Source: Desulfobacterales bacterium
Lineage (GTDB): Bacteria > Desulfobacterota > Desulfobacteria > Desulfobacterales > UBA2174
Assembly: GCA_963668645.2 (NCBI GenBank)
Contig: CAXXWC010000021.1
Span: 1,080,873 to 1,144,872, forward strand
Length of the DNA: 64,000 bases
Reading direction: 5' to 3'
The notes below the pieces were generated by a model, which saw only the letters and a list, made by a program, of their open reading frames with translations, did not search any database and was not told the origin of the DNA. Both the position numbers and the translations under genes were made by a program. Of the stretch, positions 18,323 through 28,219 are shown in pieces. Numbering within the stretch: the stretch's first letter is position 1; every line of letters begins with the position of its first letter.

Positions 18323-19459
18323 TCAGGCCATGGCCCAGCGGGCCACAATGACTTTCATGATATCCGAGGTCCCGGCCGATGGCCCCAGGACAAAGGAGTC
18401 TCGCAGATAACGGGTAATGGCAAACTCGTTCATGCAGCCGTAGCCGCCGTGGATATCGGCCGCCATCTTGGCGGCCTTTTGCGCAGTTTCAGTGGTAAAA
18501 TATTTGGCCACGGCGAACTCGTTAGACGACCGCTCGCCTTTGTCCTGCAAAGCGGCTGCACGGTATGCCAACAGCCGACCGGCCTCCAGGTCGATTTTCA
18601 TCTCGGCGATCTTGTTCTGAATGGTTTGCAGCTTGGCGATCGGCTTGCCATAAAGGACCCGCTCGGACGCAAACTTGATAGCCGCCTCCAGGCAGGCCGT
18701 GTGCAGGCCCAGGGCACATCCGACCATCCCGCCGCGGCCCACGTCGCCGATGGCGCTCATGGTCACCCGCAGCCCCTTTCCCTCGCCGCCGAGCACGCAG
18801 TCCTTCGAAACCCGGCAGTTTTCAAGGCTCAATTCGCCCGTATTGCAGCCGCGCATCCCGACCTTGTGCTCTTCGTGGGTCGCCTTGAACCCGTCCATCC
18901 CTTTTTCCAGAATAAACGCCGTAAACGCCTTCGGATCGTCGGCATCCTTGGCAAGCACAGTAATGGTGTCGGCAATGTGGGCGTTGGTAATGAAGCACTT
19001 GCGGCCGTTGAGAATGTAATCGCTGCCATCCTTCTGATAGGTCGTACGGCCGCCGCCAGGATCCGACCCGCCAGTCGGTTCGGTCACACCAACGGTTGCC
19101 AGCCGCTCGCCCTTGGCCAGACCAGGTAGATATTTTTGCTTCTGCACATCGGTGCCGAATTCGACGATGGGCCGGATGCCCAGGGCAAAAACCTGGAGCA
19201 TCATGGCCGTGGCGACCGAAACCCTGGCAATCTCCTCCAGCGCGATCATGCGGGCCGTATAGCCCAGACCGAGCCCGCCGTATTGCTCGGGAATAGTCAG
19301 CGCCATCATCTCTGCTTCGGCCAGGGCTTTGACCACGGCCGGGCAGACTTTCCCGGTCTGCTCCATTTCTGCCACATGCGGCGCAATCTGAGTCTCGGCA
19401 ACCTCTCTGGCCGACTTGCGAAACAGCTCTTGTTCTTCGGTAAGCGTAAAATCGATCAT
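18323..19459 (-). CDS. acyl-CoA dehydrogenase
   Basis: 378 aa with ACAD N, middle and C-terminal domain patterns (GVTEPTGGSDPGG, GGYGCMNEFAITRYLRDS). AGGGAGGA RBS. Confidence 0.93.
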   Translation of the reverse strand: MIDFTLTEEQELFRKSAREVAETQIAPHVAEMEQTGKVCPAVVKALAEAEMMALTIPEQYGGLGLGYTARMIALEEIARVSVATAMMLQVFALGIRPIVEFGTDVQKQKYLPGLAKGERLATVGVTEPTGGSDPGGGRTTYQKDGSDYILNGRKCFITNAHIADTITVLAKDADDPKAFTAFILEKGMDGFKATHEEHKVGMRGCNTGELSLENCRVSKDCVLGGEGKGLRVTMSAIGDVGRGGMVGCALGLHTACLEAAIKFASERVLYGKPIAKLQTIQNKIAEMKIDLEAGRLLAYRAAALQDKGERSSNEFAVAKYFTTETAQKAAKMAADIHGGYGCMNEFAITRYLRDSFVLGPSAGTSDIMKVIVARWAMA

Positions 19460-19566
19460 GCTCGTTTTTCCTCCCTTGTTCTCAGTAGTTAACCAATGCG
19501 GTGAAAGACGCTGACCGGACGCCGAAAGCGGGTTCCGGCCCGCGCAATATGGCGAATCTATTTTAG

Positions 19567-20148
19567 TTAAAGTTCGTCGATGTACCGAATCAGGGCGTTG
19601 ATTGAATTATCTAAACTTGATGATGATTTATCGGTGCCGTAGATAAGGGAGGCGCCCAGCATACCGGAAAAGATGATCTCGGCGATGCTAGAGGTGTCGG
19701 CCTTTTCATCTATGCTTCCGAATTCAATGGCCTGATCCAGCAGCCGTTTGATCATGCCTTTTAGACCGATAAAACCGCGGTACAATTCTTTTGACAAATT
19801 AGGCGATTGGTCGGCAAGCTCTACAGACAGCGTAATAAAAATGCACCCTCCCGGAAAATTGGTCGAATCTTTCAGGTATCGGTCCCTGTAATTGACGAGC
19901 AACCTTTTGATCTTTTCCAACGGATCAAGTGTGCTATGAAAACCGTCAAGGCTTTTCTGGCGCCAAATTCTCCTGGCTTCCGTCAAAACCGCATAAAATA
20001 AGTCTTGTTTGCTCCGGAAGTGATTATAAAATCCTCCCTTCGAAGTGCCCGCCGCATGAAGAATGTCCAGCAGGGAAGTACTGAAAAAACCCTTGAGAGA
20101 AAAAAGCCTTAAAGACTCGTGGATGATTTTTTCCTTTAGCATCATCAT
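19567..20148 (-). CDS. TetR/AcrR-family transcriptional regulator
   Basis: N-terminal HTH FFSTSLLDILHAAGTSKGGFYNHFRSKQDLF. 193 aa. Confidence 0.88.
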   Translation of the reverse strand: MMMLKEKIIHESLRLFSLKGFFSTSLLDILHAAGTSKGGFYNHFRSKQDLFYAVLTEARRIWRQKSLDGFHSTLDPLEKIKRLLVNYRDRYLKDSTNFPGGCIFITLSVELADQSPNLSKELYRGFIGLKGMIKRLLDQAIEFGSIDEKADTSSIAEIIFSGMLGASLIYGTDKSSSSLDNSINALIRYIDEL

Positions 20149-20285
20149 CGTTAACCCTGCCGTCTCCGAACAGAGGCCCTGCCGTTACTATCCGGTTCCA
20201 TACCGATTCGCCAAATAAGATTTTTCCGGGAGATCAATGGTCGCCCATTGACCTCCCGGTTTTCTAACCGTTGCGCTTGCGCGGA

Positions 20286-20771
20286 CTATTGAAGGACTTT
20301 GAGCCCGGGCAGTTCTGCGTATTTCCGGCGAAGTGTTTTGATGGCCCTTGGGCTGGTATCGAATCGGCCTTCCTTCCAGGCGATGAGCTGCAAAACGACC
20401 CCGAATCCGCTTTTCGGGCCCACCAGGGCTTCGGGAAAATCCCCGTCCTGCAGGTGCCCTCTATCCACCCGCACCCCTTTCGATTCCAGGTTTGCGACAT
20501 AGCCCTCGATATCTTCGATATCAAGTCCGATATGCTGAACGCCGTAGCCCTGCTTTTCGATGATTTTGGCGACGAAACTACTCTCATCGGTGGCTTCAAG
20601 AAAGCTCAGAATGCTGTCGCCGAACACAACGCAGGCGCCCTTATAGCATTCCTGTGTGTTTTCGAATTTGATGACGCACTCCCCGCCCAATACGTCAACG
20701 GCGTGCGCCACTGCCGCTTCCATGTCCTTTACGGTAAATGCTACGTGATTGACTCCCAGCACTTTTGCCAT
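20286..20771 (-). CDS. VOC (glyoxalase / methylmalonyl-CoA-epimerase-like) family protein
   Basis: HVAFTVKDMEAAV...GVQHIGLDIEDIE paired beta-alpha-beta-beta-beta modules. GGAGGA RBS. Confidence 0.72.
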   Translation of the reverse strand: MAKVLGVNHVAFTVKDMEAAVAHAVDVLGGECVIKFENTQECYKGACVVFGDSILSFLEATDESSFVAKIIEKQGYGVQHIGLDIEDIEGYVANLESKGVRVDRGHLQDGDFPEALVGPKSGFGVVLQLIAWKEGRFDTSPRAIKTLRRKYAELPGLKVLQ

Positions 20772-20846
20772 TTTTTCCTCCGTTCCTTTTCAAATTCAGG
20801 TAATGAAGTCGCCCCACCGGCCTTGCCGGCATCCTGGAGCGAACAG

Positions 20847-21470
20847 TTAATTATTCCCGGTTACGGCCAATCCGATATCAAAGGCTTTCAGGTTCATGTC
20901 CACCTTACCAGCCGGGAAGGTTCTCCTTACGATTTGTTCAAAGTCCGCCCTGAACAGGGGCAGTTCCCCGAGACCGGCCAGGGCTCCGATCAAAATGATG
21001 TTGGCAAGGATCGGGCTGCCCAGCGCAACGGCTTGCTCAGAGGCATCAATGAACCAGTTTTTTGCACTGACGGTCGCCATCGCGGCTTTCATCTCTTCGA
21101 GGCTCGGATACTCCAACTCTCCGGAGTTGACACCCGTCGGGTAATTGGGGCGCGTGTTGGTCAGCACCTTCACCTGTGGATTGCCGTAGTTCTTCAGCAC
21201 CCTGAACGCTTCGATCGGTTCGAGTGAGACCACCACGTCGGCGATCCCTTTGGGCATCTGCGGACTCAACACCCTGCTTGATGAAACCCGCACATGGCTC
21301 ATAACAGATCCACCACGCTGGGATGCGCCGAAGGTCTCGCCGATGGTTACCTGGAATCCCTGGGCGACGAGCATGTTGCCCAGGATGCGCGAGCCCATTA
21401 CGTTTCCCTGCCCGCCGACGCCTGTGACGATAATGTTGTACGGATCCTTTAGAACCTCAACCGGGCTCAT
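20847..21470 (-). CDS. iorB: indolepyruvate:ferredoxin oxidoreductase beta subunit (2-oxoacid:Fd oxidoreductase gamma-type domain)
   Basis: The ATG shares one nucleotide with the iorA TAA (TAATG). Contains IIVTGVGGQGN. The track ORF starts 60 nt upstream, inside iorA. Confidence 0.87.
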   Translation of the reverse strand: MSPVEVLKDPYNIIVTGVGGQGNVMGSRILGNMLVAQGFQVTIGETFGASQRGGSVMSHVRVSSSRVLSPQMPKGIADVVVSLEPIEAFRVLKNYGNPQVKVLTNTRPNYPTGVNSGELEYPSLEEMKAAMATVSAKNWFIDASEQAVALGSPILANIILIGALAGLGELPLFRADFEQIVRRTFPAGKVDMNLKAFDIGLAVTGNN

Positions 21471-23413
21471 TACATCACCTCCGTTTTCTGAATGGCGCCC
21501 TGGGGACAGATCTGGGTACATACACCGCATCCGGCACAGAGCACTTCGTCGATTTTAGGCTTTTTGGCGTCCCGGTCCCAGATGATCCCCGGGCATAGAA
21601 AAGTCCTTGAACAGAGCCGGTTACACCCGCAATTTTCCCCGAGGCACAGGTCTTCGTCGATATGGACCGCGTATTTCTTCTTGTTGCGTTTTTGAGGACT
21701 CAGGGCACAGGCCTGCCTGAGGATCAGGACCTTTACCCCCTTTGTATCGGAGACGAACTCGAGCAATTTCTCCTGGGCGCGCTCCATATCGAAGGGGTCT
21801 TCCACCGCAACCGTCGCCCCGATCGCCTCGCAGACCTTCTCGATCTCGATCCAAGGTGCACTTTCTCCCATGGCATTGTAATCGGATCCCGGATGGGACT
21901 GGAATCCGGTCATGGCTGTGCCACGGTTGTCCAAAACGACCAGGGTCATGTCCGAATCGTTGTGGACCGCATTGATCAGCGGGGGAATGACAGAATGGAA
22001 AAAGGTGGAATCTCCGCAGATGGCAATTGCCGGCTGGTCCATTCCGAATCTGGATAGCTTGCCGAACCCACTGGCAAGCCCGGCCCCTGAGCCCATGGCG
22101 TGGAAGGTTTTGCTTGTGAAGTAACCACAGGCATGACGCCCGAGGGCGTAACAGCCGATATCACCGCAGACAAACCCTTTCCGATTGTCCAGCAAGGTGG
22201 TGTTATGCAGCATCCAAAAAGATGCCCTATGCGGACAACCGGGGCAAAAGGTCACTCCTCGGTCAGGAATACTGACCATTGCGGTTGATTTGAATTTATC
22301 CGAGTATCCCGACTCAACCCCAGGACTGAAGGTCAGATTCAGAACCCGGCAGATCGCCTCGGCGACAATGTCGACATTCATTTCACCCACTGGCGGCAGC
22401 GTCCCGTCATTCTTGCCGAAAAATTTTTTACCTCCGATCTCTTCGAGCTTTTCAGAGGCGAAACTTTTTACGTTCTCCTCCATGAAAGGCAGGACCTCTT
22501 CGACGATCATGACTTTTTCCGTCTTTTTCAAATACTTGACCAAAATCTTAGGCGGAAGGGGCCAAGTGGTGCCGAGCTTCAGGACGCCGACCTTATCCGA
22601 TGCCCCGATTAGTGAGACCGCCTCTTTGCTGTAAAGATTGCAGGCGCTGCTCGTAATGATCAGCAATTCAGGGTCCTGCGGACCTTCATAGGTGTTAAAC
22701 GGGCATTCATCGAACAGCTTTGCCGCTTGCTGCAGTTTTCGTTGCTGGCGCGGGTGCGTCGTCTTGATCGGCTGAGTAATCACCGGATGAGTGTCAAGAT
22801 CGTTCTCGGGCCCATCGTAGACATAGCAAGCCTTAGGATCCGGAGTCGGAGGCAGGGCGCCGAGTTTGACGATTCCGCTCGCATGGGAAATTCGTGTAAC
22901 GGACCTTACCATCACCACATTCTTAATTTCTTCCGAAAGCTCGAAAGCCCACTTGGTCATTTCCTTTGCTTCCTGAAAATCACCAGGCTCCAGCAGCGGG
23001 AACTCGAACATTTTTGAATAATGCCGTGACGGTCCTTCGTTGTTGCTGGACAGGGCTCCAGGATCATCGCAGGAAATCAGCACCATCCCCCCCCTGGTGC
23101 CCGACAGTGACATATGAAGCAAAAAATCCGAAGCAACATTGACGCCGACCTGCTTCATGGCGCACAACGCCCTGAGGTTGCTGAACGAGGCGGCCGCCGC
23201 ACTTTCCAGGGCGACCTTCTCGTTTGTCGACCATTCCACATAAATATTTCTTTCCCCAGCAACTTTTGCAAGCTGCTCAATCACCTCCGAAGAAGGCGTA
23301 CCGGGATAGCCGGAGGCGTAATTCACCCCGGCTTCCAGCGCCCCTCGGACGATGGCGTCGTTGCCCATTAAAAAATGTTGGGCACCGCCTGTGTTATCTA
23401 GTAGAATCGACAT
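21470..23413 (-). CDS. iorA: indolepyruvate:ferredoxin oxidoreductase alpha subunit
   Basis: GGAGG lies 5 nt upstream of the ATG at 23413. It has pyrimidine- and TPP-binding domains (GDSTFFHS) and a C-terminal 2x[4Fe-4S] region (CLGENCGCNRLC, CAGCGVCTQICP). Confidence 0.9.
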   Translation of the reverse strand: MSILLDNTGGAQHFLMGNDAIVRGALEAGVNYASGYPGTPSSEVIEQLAKVAGERNIYVEWSTNEKVALESAAAASFSNLRALCAMKQVGVNVASDFLLHMSLSGTRGGMVLISCDDPGALSSNNEGPSRHYSKMFEFPLLEPGDFQEAKEMTKWAFELSEEIKNVVMVRSVTRISHASGIVKLGALPPTPDPKACYVYDGPENDLDTHPVITQPIKTTHPRQQRKLQQAAKLFDECPFNTYEGPQDPELLIITSSACNLYSKEAVSLIGASDKVGVLKLGTTWPLPPKILVKYLKKTEKVMIVEEVLPFMEENVKSFASEKLEEIGGKKFFGKNDGTLPPVGEMNVDIVAEAICRVLNLTFSPGVESGYSDKFKSTAMVSIPDRGVTFCPGCPHRASFWMLHNTTLLDNRKGFVCGDIGCYALGRHACGYFTSKTFHAMGSGAGLASGFGKLSRFGMDQPAIAICGDSTFFHSVIPPLINAVHNDSDMTLVVLDNRGTAMTGFQSHPGSDYNAMGESAPWIEIEKVCEAIGATVAVEDPFDMERAQEKLLEFVSDTKGVKVLILRQACALSPQKRNKKKYAVHIDEDLCLGENCGCNRLCSRTFLCPGIIWDRDAKKPKIDEVLCAGCGVCTQICPQGAIQKTEVM

Positions 23414-23522
23414 AATTACCTCCAATTCTTATTCACAAAAGGGCTTTCGTATCCGGCACGGAAAATGGTGCCTTCCATTATCCTTCGACCGTACATGCTA
23501 TCGCGTCCCCTGGGAATTTTGG

Positions 23523-24671
23523 TCACCGGGGAATCAGATCGCACAAAACACTGTCTCCGGCATGCAGGTAAACCAGATCCTGTGCATTGCCGCTTTTTGC
23601 CACCAAGTTTTTAACCGCTGTTCGTTTCTTTCCCATGGAGGCACGCTTGAGATTTCCGAGATTATTTTCAGGCACCTCCCTGAATTCAAGGATCTTCCTT
23701 TCCCTGGCCAGTGCCATCAGGTTCATACCGGCCTCGGTGCGAACGACCACCTGGTTCCAGTTTTTGGCTTCTTGCCACCCTTCCTCAAGTCTGGCTGAGC
23801 CAACGGAAATATCGCTGAATTCGGCCGTCATATCCGCACAATAATCGCATGATTCACGCACACACGATCGGATTTCATCGAGGGAAATCGTTACGTTTTT
23901 ATCCGCAGTTTGAACTTCAAGGCAGTGGTATTTGGAGGGTGGAATATCCATAGCGACAATCTGATCTAATTCGACATGTCTCTTAAGAACTTCACACAAC
24001 TCTTTCCACGAAAAAGCCCACCCGCAGAACAGACCGATAACAAGTTTCAATCTGTCGATATTGTTGGTATTCTCACTGAACTTCTTCAACCGCATCTTGG
24101 CAAGCGCCGTCGCCTGGCAGGGCGTTGCAACGACACCTATTTTTTCAACACCGGTTTTGGCCAGCCTATTGAACTGTGCGATCGTCGGGGTCGCCACAAA
24201 GCGGCTCTTCGAATAATCGGCAACGTCCGCAGCACTATCCACCCCGACCCCTTGGGGCAGCAGGGTCGATTTCGTATCCTGGCCCGACATGACGGCCGCG
24301 TCGATGAGCTTCTCTTCAATGGCCAGTTTTACAAGAGCCGTGACCGTACCGCCGTGCTGCGCCTTGGTGCGAATCTCGGGATCTGTCGCACGGGTAACGT
24401 AAAAAGCCTTGATCGCGCCGATTTCGGGGGTTAGATCTTCGGGGGCGAACAGGGCATTGCGCAAAGCGTCGAGGTCGGTATCATACCTCGGGCAGAATTG
24501 AAGGCATCGACCGTCTTCTCTGTCACAGGGAAAAAGGACGACGGTCTTATCCCTGTAGTTTTTCTGATACGGGCACAGATCCACACAGGCGCCGCACCCG
24601 GTGCACAATCCATTGGCAACCACGGAGTTCTGGATCACCATCTGGGCAAAATTTCCTGTTTCTCCACTCAT
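23523..24671 (-). CDS. FrhB/FdhB-family flavo-iron-sulfur protein (F420-hydrogenase beta-subunit-like) with an N-terminal ferredoxin motif
   Basis: CTGCGACVDLCPY plus CLQFCPR, then FrhB-type N and C domains (AQHGGTVTALV, GVVATPCQ, SCDYCADMTAEFSDISVG). Confidence 0.72.
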   Translation of the reverse strand: MSGETGNFAQMVIQNSVVANGLCTGCGACVDLCPYQKNYRDKTVVLFPCDREDGRCLQFCPRYDTDLDALRNALFAPEDLTPEIGAIKAFYVTRATDPEIRTKAQHGGTVTALVKLAIEEKLIDAAVMSGQDTKSTLLPQGVGVDSAADVADYSKSRFVATPTIAQFNRLAKTGVEKIGVVATPCQATALAKMRLKKFSENTNNIDRLKLVIGLFCGWAFSWKELCEVLKRHVELDQIVAMDIPPSKYHCLEVQTADKNVTISLDEIRSCVRESCDYCADMTAEFSDISVGSARLEEGWQEAKNWNQVVVRTEAGMNLMALARERKILEFREVPENNLGNLKRASMGKKRTAVKNLVAKSGNAQDLVYLHAGDSVLCDLIPR

Positions 24672-24741
24672 CTTTAGACCTTTTCAATATAGAGAATTAT
24701 TGTTTTCCGCATTACCACTTATAGCGCAACCTGCCGGGTAA

Positions 24742-25719
24742 TCAGACATGCTTCAAAGTCTCCGGGTTAACGACGTTTTCCGGCTTTTCACCGGTGAAAA
24801 ATGCATGGATATTTCGTGAGCATATCAACCCGCAGTCTCTTGAAACTTCTAGCGCATATCCGCCCATATGAGGTGTTACAATCACGTTATCGAGCCTGCT
24901 CAAAGCGACCTCTGCCCGCGGCGGTTCCTGGGATAGTACGTCCAAAGCAGCTCCGGCGATCATCTTTTCGCTCATTGCCTTGTATAGATCGTCTTCATTG
25001 ACGACTCCGCCCCGGGCCATGTTGACCAAAAAGGCCGTCGGCTTCATCATTTCAATCTGTTTCATTCCAATCAAGTTTTTAGTCTGATCCGATAAGAACA
25101 CATGAAGGGAGATAAAATCGCTCTGTTTCAAAATCTCTTCGAGTTCGAGATACTTGATATTGTTCTTCTCGGCAAAATCTTCATCGGGGTAAATATCGTA
25201 GCCGACAACCTTCATGCCGAAGGCAAGGCCCATTTTGGCGATCGTTTTTCCGATTGTACCCATTCCGATAATGCCGAGGGTTTTATCCCTTAACAAGCCC
25301 CCCATGACTTTGGGCCATTGCCCCTGGCGAACCGCTTGTTGGCCATAAGGAATTTGCCGTGCCAAAGATATGAAAAGCCCGAAAGTCAATTCCATGACGG
25401 AATATCTATTGGCCCCGGGTGTATTGGTGACCGGGATGCCTTTGGCCGTCGCCGCGGCAACATCGATGTGATCTACACCGACACCGGGTTGGGTAATAAT
25501 CTTCAATCCATCGGCCTCTTTGAGAGAGTTTGCCGATATCCGCATGCCGCCACCGATGACAGCGTCATAGCGCTTGAGTGTTTCAGAGATCTCATCTTCG
25601 CTCAGAATCGCTTTCTGAGGGATCATGTCCACCTGATAACCGCGCGATTGAAGATAGTCCAACCCTTCCTTTGCAAAGTAGCCATACGTCGGCGACATCG
25701 ACCAGACCTTAATCGTCAT
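24742..25719 (-). CDS. D-isomer-specific 2-hydroxyacid dehydrogenase (paralog 1)
   Basis: AAGGAGG RBS before the ATG at 25719. NAD fold GIIGMGTIGKTIAK and catalytic region NMARGGVV...ALDVLSQEP...TPHMGG. Confidence 0.9.
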   Translation of the reverse strand: MTIKVWSMSPTYGYFAKEGLDYLQSRGYQVDMIPQKAILSEDEISETLKRYDAVIGGGMRISANSLKEADGLKIITQPGVGVDHIDVAAATAKGIPVTNTPGANRYSVMELTFGLFISLARQIPYGQQAVRQGQWPKVMGGLLRDKTLGIIGMGTIGKTIAKMGLAFGMKVVGYDIYPDEDFAEKNNIKYLELEEILKQSDFISLHVFLSDQTKNLIGMKQIEMMKPTAFLVNMARGGVVNEDDLYKAMSEKMIAGAALDVLSQEPPRAEVALSRLDNVIVTPHMGGYALEVSRDCGLICSRNIHAFFTGEKPENVVNPETLKHV

Positions 25720-25852
25720 GCCTAACCTCCTTGGATTTATGCATGTCACAGTTAAACGATGAGAAATAAATGCAGTTATTTGATAGGATGCTTCCTTTTC
25801 TATGCCTTCGTAGAAATAAATGTCTTTCTCAAGCGGATAGAGTTTAGTCTTT

Positions 25853-27934
25853 TCACTGATTTTTTTTGTTGAGAACCACAGTGGCGTCCACGGCGATGGG
25901 TTTGCCTTTACAGATCATCACGGGGTTGATATCCACCTGCTCTATCTCGCCCGAAGCCGATGCACCTTGTCCCAGTTTTGCCAGAAGATCGGCCAAAGCT
26001 TCCAAGTCCAAAGGCGGCAGGCGCCGGAAGCCTTTAAAAAGCTTGCTGGTTTTAAGCCGTTCCAGCAAATCCTTGGCACCTGCCGGCCTGAGCGGAGCTA
26101 TGGTAAATGCCACATCGGGCACCAACTCAGCCAAAAGCCCCCCCATACCCAACATCAGGCAGTCGCCGAATAAAACATCGTGCAAATAACCAACAATCAG
26201 CTCATATTCCGCCTTTATTTTTGGCTGCGCCAGAATACGGCCCTGGCCCTGCATCTTTTCCCGCAACCGATTAAAGGCTTGCTCCAACTGCTCTTGGCTG
26301 TTTATCTCCGCTTCGACCAAACCCAGCTCACTTTTATGAACCACTTCCGGCAGCAGCCCCTTGAGCACCAGGGGATAGTTCCACCGCTGCGCTGCAGCCC
26401 GGGCCTGACTTAGGCTTTCTATCTCCATCTCGGGCACCATGGGCATGCCCCACTGGGCCAGAAGGGCTTTGCTGTCCATCTCGTCCAGCACTGTCGGGAT
26501 CTTCGCAACAGTTTGCAGTGCTGCCGGCCTGGTGTCCTTGGGCGGTACCGGTGGCAGGGGCGTCTTGTCTCGCGGCCCCTGCCACTGGGTTGCCACACTC
26601 AGGCATTCTACGGCCCGTTCTAACTCCCTGTATGCGGGAATGCCCAGGCGGTCCGCTTCATATTCAAATTTGCACGATGCGGCATCGAAACCGAATCCCC
26701 AAAATGCAACGACCTTCCCGCTCTGCTCCGCCATTTTTTTGAGCCGCTCCAGACTCAGGTCCTTGTCTCCCAGCCCGATGAAGTGATGAATAAGCAGTAA
26801 ATCTACCTGGGGGTCATTCAAAGCTGCCTGAGCCCCTGCATAGAAGGCTTCCATACGCCCCACCCGCTCCATTGCCGGATAGATGTCGATGGGATTGGCT
26901 GGCTGCATCCAGGGAGGAAAGATTTCTTTTAAAGCATCAACAGTGGAAGAACTGAGTTCGGCCATTGCCACACCGTGTTGATCCAGCAAATCACAGGTGA
27001 CGATGCCAGCCCCGCCGCTAAAGGTCATGACGGCCACACGGACGTCCTCGGGGAGGTGGGGAGCCATGGCGAGGCTACGGGCCAGGTCCACCATGTGGTG
27101 GAAGTCCTTGGCCAAAAAGATCCCGGCGTCTTTCAGCAGGCCCAGGGTTAGACGGGCGTCTCCAGCCAGACTGGCGGTATGGCTGACGGCTGCCTGCGCC
27201 CCCTGCGCACTGCTGCCGGCCTTTAAGACCACTATCGGCTTGGGCGAAGCGGCCGCCAACTCCAGAAACAGACGCCCCCGGGGCAATGATTCCAGATATA
27301 GTGCGATGCAATGCGTGTTTTCATCGGCGATCAGCGCGGGCAGCAGGTCGCACTCATCCACATCGCATTTATTGCCGATCGAGCAAACCTTGTTCACCGT
27401 TATTGACCGCCGGTCGGCCAGATCGACTAAAAATGCAGCCGATAGCATACCGCTTTGCACAACTAGGGAGATGTGGCCGGCATTGTTCAAAATGGCCGTG
27501 TCGCTCGGATCCATGAAAGTGAAGAAATGGCGTTTGAAAACATCAACTATTCCCATGCAATTGGGGCCCCACAAACGGATGCCGTGTTCCCTGGCGATGG
27601 CCAAACACTCTTGCTGCAGAGCCTGCCCCTCTTTGCCCGCTTCGGCGAAACCTGCGCTTTGGATGATGACCCCTTTTACTTTCTTGGCGGCACAGTCACG
27701 AAGCAACTGGGGCAATAACCGGGCAGGCACCAATACGACAGCCAGATCCACTTCGCCGGGCACCTGCTCCAAAGAGGAATAGCAAGGCAACGCATCCAAC
27801 TCTTCGTAGTTGGGGTTGATCGGATATATCCGGCCTTGAAATCCATTTTTTAGGTTATGCACCATATTGGCACCAGTGCGCTTTTTACTGGCCCCTACCA
27901 AGGCCACGCTCTGGGGATTGAAAAAGCAGTCCAT
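25853..27934 (-). CDS. ADP-forming acyl-CoA synthetase (fused alpha-beta, ACD family)
   Basis: The ATG at 27934 has an AGGA RBS. It has a CoA-binding segment (SVALVGAS), a phosphohistidine-type segment SHTASLAG, and a C-terminal ATP-grasp. The track ORF is extended 52 codons upstream. Confidence 0.87.
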   Translation of the reverse strand: MDCFFNPQSVALVGASKKRTGANMVHNLKNGFQGRIYPINPNYEELDALPCYSSLEQVPGEVDLAVVLVPARLLPQLLRDCAAKKVKGVIIQSAGFAEAGKEGQALQQECLAIAREHGIRLWGPNCMGIVDVFKRHFFTFMDPSDTAILNNAGHISLVVQSGMLSAAFLVDLADRRSITVNKVCSIGNKCDVDECDLLPALIADENTHCIALYLESLPRGRLFLELAAASPKPIVVLKAGSSAQGAQAAVSHTASLAGDARLTLGLLKDAGIFLAKDFHHMVDLARSLAMAPHLPEDVRVAVMTFSGGAGIVTCDLLDQHGVAMAELSSSTVDALKEIFPPWMQPANPIDIYPAMERVGRMEAFYAGAQAALNDPQVDLLLIHHFIGLGDKDLSLERLKKMAEQSGKVVAFWGFGFDAASCKFEYEADRLGIPAYRELERAVECLSVATQWQGPRDKTPLPPVPPKDTRPAALQTVAKIPTVLDEMDSKALLAQWGMPMVPEMEIESLSQARAAAQRWNYPLVLKGLLPEVVHKSELGLVEAEINSQEQLEQAFNRLREKMQGQGRILAQPKIKAEYELIVGYLHDVLFGDCLMLGMGGLLAELVPDVAFTIAPLRPAGAKDLLERLKTSKLFKGFRRLPPLDLEALADLLAKLGQGASASGEIEQVDINPVMICKGKPIAVDATVVLNKKNQ

Positions 27935-28219
27935 GTCTATATTCCTTGTGCGAGACTTATGGTTAAAAGAAAAACTGACCCGAGGGCGGGCGACGCTTTT
28001 CATGGGGATGGCAATGCATCCTGGAGTCATGGAGAGCCGGTTTGCCGATGCCTTAAAGGGCTCTCCGCCCTTTGGCGGCCTACCGGTCATCTTCTGAAGG
28101 CCGCCGCCCTTTTGCGTTATATCAAGATAGTTTCAAGTTCGAGCCGAATTGGAAGGATAGTCTGGCACTTAATGCCATCATTCCCGCAGCAGCCCGGAAA
28201 ACATTCAATCCCAGCACCT

